This document shows, in pieces, positions 25,156 through 35,653 of a stretch of 64,000 bases of DNA. Each line of letters opens with the position of its first letter. Positions within the stretch are counted from its first letter, which is position 1. Source of the stretch: Paraphysomonas bandaiensis. Its lineage: Eukaryota > Protista > Chrysophyceae. The notes beneath the pieces were generated by a model. It was not told where the DNA came from and ran no database searches. It saw nothing but the letters and a program-made list of their open reading frames with translations. The DNA is taken from NCBI GenBank assembly GCA_965644295.1, contig CBFFRP010000186.1:62001-126000 (forward strand). Direction: 5' to 3'. The translations under genes and the position numbers were made by a program.

Positions 25156-26151
25156 ATGATGAGTGATTCCCGAACACCTGTAAAGGTGAGTAAAGAGGAT
25201 GTGTATGATGTGTCTCAGTGCGGCAGTAAACTATCATGTGACATGTCGTCTCCTCTGCACGGTCACTGCCTCTTTCAACAGAACACTCTCTTTAATCCAT
25301 TGCAATACTGTCCTGATATCTCTCCAGTCAAAGAGAAGCATATTGAGGGTTTGCTTGACAAGTATCGCACTCTCATATCGAATATACTGAACATAAACAC
25401 AAACGAAACAACAAATAAAACTAAAACACCCAACTCAAAATCAAGAAGACGTCAGTCTCTTGCAATATCAAAGAATTTATCTGATATTTCGTCATTGATA
25501 ATGACTCCTACGAAGTTAACTTTATTAGAAACACCAAAATCGGGTCGTCGACATCGACTCAGTGTTGAGTTTGGCACTAATTCTGTCAAGAAACCAGGAA
25601 CTCCGCGTCGTTCATTGAGCAGAGTATCCTCCTTAAAGGAAAGAAAAGAAAGTAATTCATCTCAGCTCTTTGACTCTCCCAATCTGCATCGACGTGCATT
25701 GCAGACCAAGACAGCGTCTCTAGGGGACCTAGTTGGTATGCTACACAACATATGTGCAGATTTCTCTGCGGATGATTTATCTCTATTCAACAACAATACT
25801 AGAGACAGCGACCTTTGCAATGTTGTCATGGCTCAGTGGGAAAGTAGTGACTCTTCTCTATTTGTCAGTACAGAAGTCGCCCAAGCCAGCGATGCTGTTG
25901 GTGTTGTTGAGGTGGATCAAGAAAATACTCCACCAGCCGCCCCACCTGTACAAACTACTAGTCCTATTTGTACTCCTGCCAAACTTTATCAACAGCAAAA
26001 CAGCAACAGGCGAAAGAGTCGATCTGCTTCAAAAATGGAGTACGATTCTATGATGCAGTCCTGCTCCGAGATACTGTCCGAGATTGATGTCATTATGTCC
26101 AGAAAAACTAAAACCACAGCATCTCATATTCCTACCCGCAATCTAATATGA
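25156..26151 (+). CDS. Hypothetical Ser/Thr/basic-rich, largely disordered protein, 331 aa
   Basis: Uninterrupted ORF divergent from DENN-B; several S/T-P-x-K/R sites. Confidence 0.7.
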   Translation: MMSDSRTPVKVSKEDVYDVSQCGSKLSCDMSSPLHGHCLFQQNTLFNPLQYCPDISPVKEKHIEGLLDKYRTLISNILNINTNETTNKTKTPNSKSRRRQSLAISKNLSDISSLIMTPTKLTLLETPKSGRRHRLSVEFGTNSVKKPGTPRRSLSRVSSLKERKESNSSQLFDSPNLHRRALQTKTASLGDLVGMLHNICADFSADDLSLFNNNTRDSDLCNVVMAQWESSDSSLFVSTEVAQASDAVGVVEVDQENTPPAAPPVQTTSPICTPAKLYQQQNSNRRKSRSASKMEYDSMMQSCSEILSEIDVIMSRKTKTTASHIPTRNLI

Positions 26152-26557
26152 ATTATTTTCAGCAAGAACTCTTTCTTAAATTGCCTTTCAGCCTATAAGC
26201 ATCCACTTAGTCATAGAAACGAAACACCCGTGATTATATAATTAAAGAGAAGTAATTAAAGCGATGTACCTGACTTTCTGTTTTGTTTGAGAGCAATAAA
26301 AGCTGTAGTTCTATCGTATTTGAATTATGACCATTATTTGAAGAATACAGTAGCGATTAACGGTATTACATGAACTATTATATTGCTAAATATAATAGCA
26401 GTGATTTTGAAATCTATGATCGTATGAATATGACTAGTAGGTGAGATAACATGTTAGAATTGGACATTTCACTGAAGTTGACTTGACTCTACCTTGCTTT
26501 GTTGAACACAATGCACTTTATTTTGCTCGCTCACTGCGTTTGCTTCGAGTGATGAAG

Positions 26558-26716
26558 CGGAGGTGCATCTTGGTGCTTACGGCGACGCACAAGCAGCTTC
26601 CGTAGCGTTAAATAGTAGGATAACAGAGTTCGTATTAGTTAGATACAGGTAGACGTCTATCTAGCTACTAAGCTGGTGCTGACTCTTAACGCCTATTGCT
26701 AATAAGAAGACTTTCA
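26558..26716 (+). repeat. Dispersed structured repeat module, copy 2
   Basis: Aligns by eye with 513-696 and ends GACTTTCA. Confidence 0.85.
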
Positions 26717-27385
26717 ATATATAAGCATTGGGTATATGTTACGTTCAGTTAATTAAATCTTTACTACCTATATATCTAATATCTATATATGTGACAATGT
26801 GATACATTCAATATTCAATTATCAATTAGACCCTTCGATAAGCTCTTGTAAACATCAATAAGCTCTGGTGTTTTGTGGACTTTAATTAACATGTATATAT
26901 CGACGATGAGGAAAGTTGATGCAGTCATACTACTGATCTTAGAAGTGAGTAGTCATCTCAAAGGTGGTGCAGCCGTGCAGCAACGTAGCAACCATATACT
27001 TCACTTTTAACTACAATTGTGACTTCCTTTTGGTGGGAAATGAGAGTAATTACAACTCTGAGGTGGGCTAGATGGCTAGATTGAAGTAAGGGGTTTATTT
27101 ATACTAGTTGTGGCTGAGCTTCTTTGCACTTCGATCCAGTCAATTAAACAAAATAATATCTTGTCTAAAATATTTAAATGATCTCAGTATTGTATAGGAA
27201 AAGGCACAAATGCACTATAGGTTTCAGATATAAGACCACAATATAAAATAGATTCGATTATATCATATATTGCTGCAAACTTGAAACAAGCTACAACACA
27301 AATATTTCTATTCCCGACAGAGAGTAGTACCTACACAAGACACAAGACTATTTCACAAGAATACAACTGAATCGAGCCTAGTCAG

Positions 27386-29592
27386 CTATCTCTGACTTAT
27401 ATCTTCCGCTGTAAGCAATCGGTTTCTCTCACTCAACAACATGAAGCCCTCAACAAGCTGGGAAAAAAGTTTGTCGTCCTCAATCTTTATGAGTGAGGTT
27501 TTTTCCTCAGCCACAATGCTAATACAGTGATCGAATTTACCCGACCCTATTTTAATGCTTTTGATGGAGGACACCGGAACGGAGTGGCGTGGGTCTGGAA
27601 CCAGATTAGCCCTGTATATTCACATCACATACGTGAACTAAGACACTGATGCCAAAACTCCACATGTGCATAGCTCGGAGACAACATATATCACGCACAC
27701 AATGGAAAAAGCACTGATATGAAGATAGCAGCATGCATATCAAGTGTACAGTACCTTCCGGGCGGTAGCCAACAAAGCCGGGTTTCCTCTTTATCCAGGA
27801 AGAGAGTACGTACAGCATGGCGAGTGATGGGTGTGTTGCTGATTTTGACTACGTCCACACCGCTCTTCATGAGGGCAGTGAATTTCATAAGATTATCTCT
27901 GTGTAATCACGATGTGATGGTTATCGAGGGTAAGTAGGTACTACGGAAAGATACCTCTTAATATCATCTCTCCGCTTTTCCTCGGACCCTTTCCGGGCCC
28001 TACTCCTAGTACTGCTGTCATCTCCCCGACTTCGCCTACGACGCTGCACAGCGGTTACAGTGAAACGGTTGACATATCAGCAAGGTACATGTCGCGACTG
28101 GTGGCTACCCTCGAAGTCTCCAGATGAAGCATCAGATAAACTAAAAACAGGACTACTACACGAGCTAGCACTGCTGCTACTAGCGTCCGACCTACTCCGC
28201 CGGGCCCTTCCACTTCCTCCTTCAGGCACACTTCGGCGAGACTTCCCTCTGGCGGCTATCACTTCCCTCTGCGTTGCGATCTCCAGTCAAACTATATTGC
28301 ATACAGTAATAGCCACACACACTCACCGCATTGGCCTTAGAGTTGTTCACAAAAGAGTTCTTGCGAGTAAGATCGCTGGCTGAAGACACTACGTCCAGCA
28401 TGTTTAAATTCACCTTACATCCAGTGGTGCCTTTGAACCCCGTCTTCGCAGCCTTATTGGAGTAGAACACCGCCAAGAGCGAGGCAGGTCTCTCCCCCTG
28501 AATGGTAGGAACCACACAGCGCCCTGTGTCTATCACCTGACCACATGTCGCCAGAGGAGCAATAGCCTGTCTGAAACACCTCTCGCACAAAATAGATGGA
28601 GCCTGGGTCCGGTGTTGCATATTATTATCATACACACCCAGAGGTTGCCATCCACCCACAGGAAGGCCACAAACACAAGATAATCGCAAGCTGCGCCGTC
28701 TAGTCTTTCTACTTGCTCCCTCCAAAACGGAAAACAAGAGCTCCTGAGCGGGAGAGTACCCTATCTCGACACGCTTACTTCTGGAGTCCATACCTCCAGA
28801 GACATCTCCGTCTGATTCACTATCATCATCAATGGCTCTTTGCTCTATAGCAAGGTCTGTTCATGTATACATGAGTTCAATAGAGTGTCATAACGTATGA
28901 GTTATCACATATCACAATAGTCTGATAGCTGCGTTTAACTCACCTAAGAGCCATACAATGAATTCAATTGAAGGAGGTCTGGAGAGATCAACTCCAGCCG
29001 CTTGTAATCCATACGTCTCTGCTGCTGTCTCAATGTATCGTCTTATAGTACTCGTTGAGGCCCCCACAGCCCTCATTGAACCAAAAGCAACGGCTTGAAT
29101 CCTTAATATAGAAAAGAGTGCAAAGACATGAGATGACTGCATCCCAATGAATCGTCTTGACTTCGATGCTAACTCCTCCCATCTTATGATGTCATCTGAC
29201 AGGATCTCGTCCGTACAATACATCCAAAAGTTTATATTACTCCACACTTCATGCGATGGAAGTGAATGAAGTATACTAAACATTGAACTTCCTGTACTTC
29301 TACCGTATCTTCGAGAGGTACTGAAGACAGCTGCAATAGATTTGAAGTCACCTGAATTGTTGGCTTCTCTCAATAGAGCCCTCGTGATGTCTAGTATACA
29401 GAGGTATGAATCATGCGGTAGACGAAGACAAGGGGCTTTATTATGAAGACATTCTAAGAAATCTTCACGTAATGTACGCTCTCGTAGCATGCCGATCACT
29501 ATAAGCAACTCAGAGCCTGAAACATCTTGACCAGTGATGATCTGAGACAACAGATCACTGAAACGACCACGAGGACCATACATGTGACTCAT
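27386..29592 (-). CDS. Multi-exon protein with SBF2-like helical region and C-terminal PH domain
   Basis: HEVWSNINFW resembles the SBF2-type motif; last exons LMKSGVDVVK...RTLFLDKEETRLCW / VSSIKSIKIG...CISIV...LVEGFMLL resemble a PLC-type PH domain; internal CVCG...LCERC motif. Internal exon limits approximate. Confidence 0.6.
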
Positions 29593-30456
29593 GTGTGTGA
29601 TGGTGTGGTGTATAGACGTGATGTTGATCCCGGGGAGTTATATATGAATGTATGTGTATGTTACATACGCTGTTTGACGTATGTATGTATGTGTATGTGT
29701 GTGTAGGCGTATGTGTACTGGTGCATGTACAGTAGAACTGCAGGTAGATGGGAAATATTTCGTATCTTAGATGTACTGTTGTATAGCACACTCCGCTGCA
29801 TAGGTACAGGTGGTGTGCAAGTACAACAGCATACATATGTGTGTATGATACCGCTATATCTACATGTTCTATATCTACACACATATATCTACACACATCA
29901 TCCCGTTATACGTACTGTATAACTTCAGAGTACAGTGCTCTGCTCTAATATGAGAGATGCAGTGCATTGATGTGCACAGTTAGGCAGTTAGGAGATGCCT
30001 TATTGCCTTTACATGACAATCTATCATCTATCTCCTTATCTCCGGATTGTGCCAACTAATATTATAGCATGATCTACTGACGCTGTCGTATTGATCTCTA
30101 TACAATATATGTATATATATAACAAAGCACTAACATACCGTATACGGACAGCCATCCGTTAACAACATACCGTTCACTTCTTTCTAGTGTCCTTTGAAGA
30201 TACGCAAAGTGAGTGATGACCAACGACATCCACTGCAAGTATACAGAGACTACAGCAGAGGTATATATGCGTATATTTCCATATGATCACAGTGTGCATA
30301 GTTCTCTATAGAAACACACGTAGAGCATCTGGTTAACGAGGATCTCTATACATAAGAAACCACGACTATCTCCATTAAACAGTGATGTGGTAAGGTGCAT
30401 GAACACATACCTAACCCTTCCTCTTCCATTAACATTGCACTGATCATACACACACT

Positions 30457-32265
30457 ATGCTACATATCTCACGACGACTTCGTTTACAACAACTTCATTA
30501 TCCCATCCAATCAAAATCCTTCTCTTCGATAGTGTCCTTTAAAGATGTTTCCTTTGAATACAATGCTAATAAGCCAGTCATATGTAACGGCTCGTTCTCT
30601 ATAGAGGAGGGCTCGAAGGTCACTATCATGGGACAGAATGGTAGTGGGAAATCCACCATGTTAAAGCTCATGACAGGAGAGTTACGGCCTGATATGGGGT
30701 CTATTAATATTCATTCATCTGTTAAAGTTGCAGCAGCGAAGCAAATCATGTCCAAAGAGTTAACACATCTATCAGTAAGGGACTTCTTCATACATCATGC
30801 TCCTTATCTTGAGGATGGCATTGAGAAAGATATCTATAAGACCCTCGATACAGTGGAGCTCACTGCACCATTAGACAGAAAGATACATACATTCTCAGGT
30901 GGACAACAGGCAAGATTGCTTCTAGCTGCTGCTCTTATACAGGATCCTGATCTGCTCTTGTTGGATGAGCCCACTAATAATCTCGATCACAGTGGGATTA
31001 ATAACTTAACTGATTTTATGTGGGGATTTCATAAGACAGTCATTGTCATATCTCACGATGAAGAGTTCCTCAATTCATTCACTGACAGTGTGCTCTATTT
31101 GGACTCTTGGACACATAAAATAGAGAGTTATGATGGCAACTATAATGATGTCAAACGTGATATTGCTAGGCGTATAGAGAAAGAGAATCAAGCTAATGCT
31201 CGCTTAGCGAAGGCTGCACAGCAAAAAAAGGATCAGGCTAACAAGTTCAAGGATAAGGGGGGTGGTATGCGTAAGGTGGCAAAGAAGATGCGCGAAGATG
31301 CAGCGCGTATGGAGGAGGCGCAGGTGGCTGTAAGACGGGAAGATAAGCCACTGAAACCTTTTACTATACCCTGTCAATTTGGTGTCAGTGGCGATGTTCT
31401 GGACCTGTCTGCAGTTTCGCTGCCTTCAGTGCAAGGTGGGGGACTAAAGGTTATACCACTACAGTTCCCTCTGCAGATGCAGCGAGGTATGCGGTTACAG
31501 CTTCAGGGCCCTAACGGTATTGGCAAAACTACCCTGCTGCAGAACATTGTAGAAGGTCGTATCGAAGGATGCCAGGTGCAAGGAGGTGTGCGTGTTGGAT
31601 ACTATAGACAGGACTTTTCGACACTCAATTTCTCGCACACCGTTCTGGAGAGCTTGCGTGAGGTTTGTGATATTACCACACCTGAAGAAACTATCCGACG
31701 GACCGCTGCTTCTTTTATGCTTACTGGTCCTATAGTACACCAGACCATAGACACCCTCTCTGAGGGTCAGAAGGGTCTGTGCTCACTAGCAAGACTAGTC
31801 CTTCAAGAACCTGGATTACTTATACTAGACGAACCTACGAATCACATCAATTTCCGCCATCTACCAGCTATTGCGCAAGCGCTGAACGAGTACCAGGGTG
31901 CAATGATCTTGGTGTCCCACGATAGGGCCTTTGTGGAAAAGGTGCAGGTAGACAAGGTGCTAAATTTAGGAGATGAGATGGAGAGATTCACAGCATGGCT
32001 TAAGTCCCAGGAGGAGAAGGAGCCAGTTAAGAAGTCTAAAGCAGAAAAAGTAAGTGCGGAACCATCCGCTGAGACCATTAAGGAGACAAAGTCAAATGAT
32101 GAGGCAGCGGACCAGTTTGTTGGTGCATTGCTGGGAAGCTATGCAGCGCTCCGTTTGGAACGGTCTGGCCTTAAGAGGCCGAATATAGTGGTGAAGGCGC
32201 CAGTGATAAAGAAGCGACAGGCTGTCCGAACACCCAAAGAGACCTCCGCTGTAGAGACTCTCTAG
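30457..32265 (+). CDS. ABC-F family ATPase, 602 aa, single exon
   Basis: Two ABC cassettes (GQNGSGKS/FSGGQ/LLLDEPTNNLD/SHD and GPNGIGKT/LSEGQ/LILDEPTNH/SHD), charged linker, no TM domains. Confidence 0.95.
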   Translation: MLHISRRLRLQQLHYPIQSKSFSSIVSFKDVSFEYNANKPVICNGSFSIEEGSKVTIMGQNGSGKSTMLKLMTGELRPDMGSINIHSSVKVAAAKQIMSKELTHLSVRDFFIHHAPYLEDGIEKDIYKTLDTVELTAPLDRKIHTFSGGQQARLLLAAALIQDPDLLLLDEPTNNLDHSGINNLTDFMWGFHKTVIVISHDEEFLNSFTDSVLYLDSWTHKIESYDGNYNDVKRDIARRIEKENQANARLAKAAQQKKDQANKFKDKGGGMRKVAKKMREDAARMEEAQVAVRREDKPLKPFTIPCQFGVSGDVLDLSAVSLPSVQGGGLKVIPLQFPLQMQRGMRLQLQGPNGIGKTTLLQNIVEGRIEGCQVQGGVRVGYYRQDFSTLNFSHTVLESLREVCDITTPEETIRRTAASFMLTGPIVHQTIDTLSEGQKGLCSLARLVLQEPGLLILDEPTNHINFRHLPAIAQALNEYQGAMILVSHDRAFVEKVQVDKVLNLGDEMERFTAWLKSQEEKEPVKKSKAEKVSAEPSAETIKETKSNDEAADQFVGALLGSYAALRLERSGLKRPNIVVKAPVIKKRQAVRTPKETSAVETL

Positions 32266-32704
32266 TTATTGTACATCTCATGTGACTCCCCATTGCTCGT
32301 ATAATGTTTTCTATTCCACTTTGTCTTCGCCTAGAGCCAACATTAACCTATCAAATTTTCGAACCAGAAATGTGTTTCTAAGAACAATTTTTAATGCTAT
32401 CACAATTGATCAGTGCAAATGTTAATGTGATAATAATAAGATTAATTGGTCTTCTAATGTACGTTCTCTATTCTCTACAGCGTCGTATATGCTTTATTGA
32501 TATCCATGTTATCAAAGTAACTGACAGCTATCAGAAATACTTTTAATGAAACTTAGTGTATTGAAATGGGAATTTTCAACATTGGCGTAGTTACTTGATT
32601 CATATCTACATGTCACTATATTTCCTGTTCTATATAATACATATAATAATAAGGGAGCACAACACTATCTATTATATTAGTGGTGCTATCTACTTTAAGT
32701 TAGT

Positions 32705-32820
32705 AGGTATTAATGGCCATTAGTGGCCATTATAATTGCCGGGACATTTTTCATTAATGCCATTATAATTTCCGGGAACTGGACTACCATTAATGGGCCA
32801 TTAATGGTTATCAGGCCCTG
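32705..32820 (-). mobile_element. Orphan hAT-like transposon end (CAGGGCCTG terminus with CCATTAATGG subterminal repeats)
   Basis: Near-identical to 48536-48594; no partner TIR seen nearby. Confidence 0.6.
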
Positions 32821-33169
32821 TAATAATATACTATTGTTCAATAAATTCGCTTCGGTAAAACAGAGTATTTCCTAAAGTTGCATGTTTTGTCGTTACAAGT
32901 AATGTGCATTGTGTATCATACTCTTGTAGCGATACTAAATTGAGGTGGCTACAGGCTACAGGTCTCTGATATTCATCAGAAGTACCATTCATAGAAATTT
33001 CTTCCTCGTTCATGTACACAGAGGTCTCAACAGGAATTTACTACTCTTAATTTCTGCCGTATCTAAAATTTACCTATTTCCTCATATGTAATTCCTTAGC
33101 CTAGCCAAACTAGCACTTCACTAGGGTACGCTCTCGGAATAGGGATACGATTCCGTAAACTGTATTTGT

Positions 33170-33243
33170 CAGGGCTGCATATTAATTAGTTGTCAACTAA
33201 TTGACGCAGGTTGTAGTTAATTATAATAGCAATTATAACTTGC
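33170..33243 (+). mobile_element. Truncated copy of the 969-1085 MITE family
   Basis: CAGGGCTG...AATTGACGCAGGTTGTAGTTAATTATAATAGCAATTATA matches 969-1030. Confidence 0.7.
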
Positions 33244-33610
33244 TCCATTCCGAGCGCGTACTTAGGTAGAGCCGGATGGAGGCCGGGTGGGTACCTAACT
33301 AATACTTGAGTAAGTCCCATATGTTATTTGCTAGCTACCTACTGAACCTAACTAGCTACATCATTATCATACGGTTTTTAGCGCTGAATATGCAGTGAGA
33401 ACCCGAGTGGGGAAGCGCTGAACTAAGCAATGTGTACATAGGTAGAGGCGCGCGGTCGCAACACTCAGCAGCACCCACTAGACAGTCAAACGCGGTGATT
33501 AGTTATGTTGTCAATATGGGGCAGCTACGTAAACCGCCATTTCACATGGTGTCTTTACAGTTTTACAGCACCAGCTCAATCAAAAGATGTCGACAATTTG
33601 ACCACTTCCG

Positions 33611-34609
33611 CTATTCATCAGTGTGATTGTATCTAGAAGTATTCATACTGCTCGAAGACGTGGGCACTGAGCAAGTGCTTCCAGTCCATCCACTGTCACA
33701 ATCGTAACAGGTACCGTCAGCTTGATTGCAATCACCGTTTTTGCAATGCTCAGGACAGTCGTTTTGACAGTCATCTCCCCAGTAATTGGAAGAGTAGCAG
33801 CCACTGATACAAAGCCCGGTGTCTTGGTAGCAATCGCCATCTACGCAGTGAGGTGGACAAGCCTTATCGCAGGTATCTCCCCAGTAATTGGAAGAGTAGC
33901 AACCAATTGAACAAAGTCCAGTGTCCATGTCACAATCACCATTCGTGCAATGCTCAGGACAGTCGTTCTCGCATTTATCCCCCCAATAATTATTCGAATA
34001 GCAGGTGAAACAAAGTCCAGTAACCTGGTCGCAGTCACCATCGGTGCAATGCTCAGGACAGTCGTTTTGACAGTCATCTCCCCAGTAATTGGAAGAGTAG
34101 CAGCCACTGATACAAAGCCCGGTGTCTTGGTAGCAATCGTCATCTACGCAGTGAGGTGGACAAGCCTTATCGCAGGTATCTCCCCAGTAATTGGAAGAGT
34201 AGCAACCAATTGAACAAAGTCCAGTGTCCATGTCACAATCACCATTCGTGCAATGCTCAGGACAGTCGTTCTCGCATTTATCCCCCCAATAATTATTCGA
34301 ATAACAGGTGAAACAAAGTCCAGTAACCTGGTCGCAGTCACCATCGGTGCAATGCTCAGGACAGTCGTTTTGACAGTCCTCTCCCCAGTAATTGGAAGAG
34401 TAGCAGCCACTGATACAAAGCCCGGTGTCTTGGTAGCAATCGCCATCTACGCAGTGAGGTGGACAAGCCTTATCGCAGGTATCTCCCCAGTAATTGGAAG
34501 AGTAGCAAGATGTGCACACGTCATTCTCATCGCATACACAGTGTGTTGGACAGTCCGCATTGGCGTGATAGGCCAAGACTGAGAGGAACACGACATAGAC
34601 AGACTTCAT
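33611..34609 (-). CDS. Secreted Cys-rich EGF/laminin-like repeat protein, 332 aa
   Basis: Signal peptide MKSVYVVFLSVLAYHANA; repeats C-P-x-H-C-x-x-G-D-C-x4-G-L-C-x2-3-C-Y-S-x-N-Y-W-G-x-x-C; a 303-bp unit is repeated ~2.6 times. Confidence 0.85.
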   Translation of the reverse strand: MKSVYVVFLSVLAYHANADCPTHCVCDENDVCTSCYSSNYWGDTCDKACPPHCVDGDCYQDTGLCISGCYSSNYWGEDCQNDCPEHCTDGDCDQVTGLCFTCYSNNYWGDKCENDCPEHCTNGDCDMDTGLCSIGCYSSNYWGDTCDKACPPHCVDDDCYQDTGLCISGCYSSNYWGDDCQNDCPEHCTDGDCDQVTGLCFTCYSNNYWGDKCENDCPEHCTNGDCDMDTGLCSIGCYSSNYWGDTCDKACPPHCVDGDCYQDTGLCISGCYSSNYWGDDCQNDCPEHCKNGDCNQADGTCYDCDSGWTGSTCSVPTSSSSMNTSRYNHTDE

Positions 34610-34809
34610 GCTGATGGGTCGGGAGAGGGAGGGTCAATTCAGGTACAGTGTGAGTATATGTGTGTGAATGATGAGCGAGGGGAGTGCAGTGTGTACCGTA
34701 CCGTACCGTATCTATATATGGATATGCGTGTGTGTGTATACACACTCCTACACTCAAAGCAGCGTGAAGTGAAGTGAAGTGAAGCAAGAGCAGAAGAAGA
34801 TACTTTTTT

Positions 34810-35234
34810 GTGTATGTGTGTGTGTGTGTGTGTATGTGTGTGTATGTGTATGTGTATGTGTGTATGTATGTATGTATGTATGTATGTATGTATGTATGTA
34901 TGTATGTATGTATGTATGTATGTATGTATGTATGTATGTATGTATGTATGTATGTATGTATGTATGTATGTATGTATGTATGTATGTATGTATGTATGTA
35001 TGTATGTATGTATGTATGTATGTATGTATGTATGTATGTATGTATGTATGTATGTATGTATGTATGTATGTATGTATGTATGTATGTATGTATGTATGTA
35101 TGTATGTATGTATGTATGTATGTATGTATGTATGTATGTATGTATGTATGTATGTATGTATGTATGTATGTATGTATGTATGTATGTATGTATGTATGTG
35201 TGTGTGTGTGTGTGTGTGTATGTGTGTGTATGTA

Positions 35235-35269
<35 letters not shown>

Positions 35270-35316
35270 ATGTGTGTATGTATGGTTATGTGTATGTGTA
35301 TGTGTATGTGTATGTG
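34810..35316. repeat. (TATG)n microsatellite with (TG)n/(TATGTG)n flanks
   Basis: Directly visible. Confidence 0.98.
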
Positions 35317-35469
35317 AATTTGTTTTTTGGAACATTTTCAGCACCATTTACTGCTGAAAATTAGAAAAAACCCCATATGTTGCTGGGAAAATCCCTAAAA
35401 AACCCAAATATGGGTTATTTAGGCCTGATTGATCTCAACTATCGGCCCCCGTCAGACGGTTACTGAGAT

Positions 35470-35546
35470 CCATGCATCTATGCATCCATACATCCATGCA
35501 TCTATGCATCCATACATCCATGCATCTATGCATCCATACATCCATG
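35470..35546 (+). repeat. 24-bp tandem repeat x3
   Basis: CCATGCATCTATGCATCCATACAT repeated upstream of the Gly-rich gene. Confidence 0.9.
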
Positions 35547-35653
35547 CGAGCACTAGTGATGCACTAGTAACTATCTCTTTGCAAGATACGGTAGTTGTGT
35601 ATCATCCATTGAGACAGTTATGTGTTTATATCATCGTATGAGAGGATCTGAGT

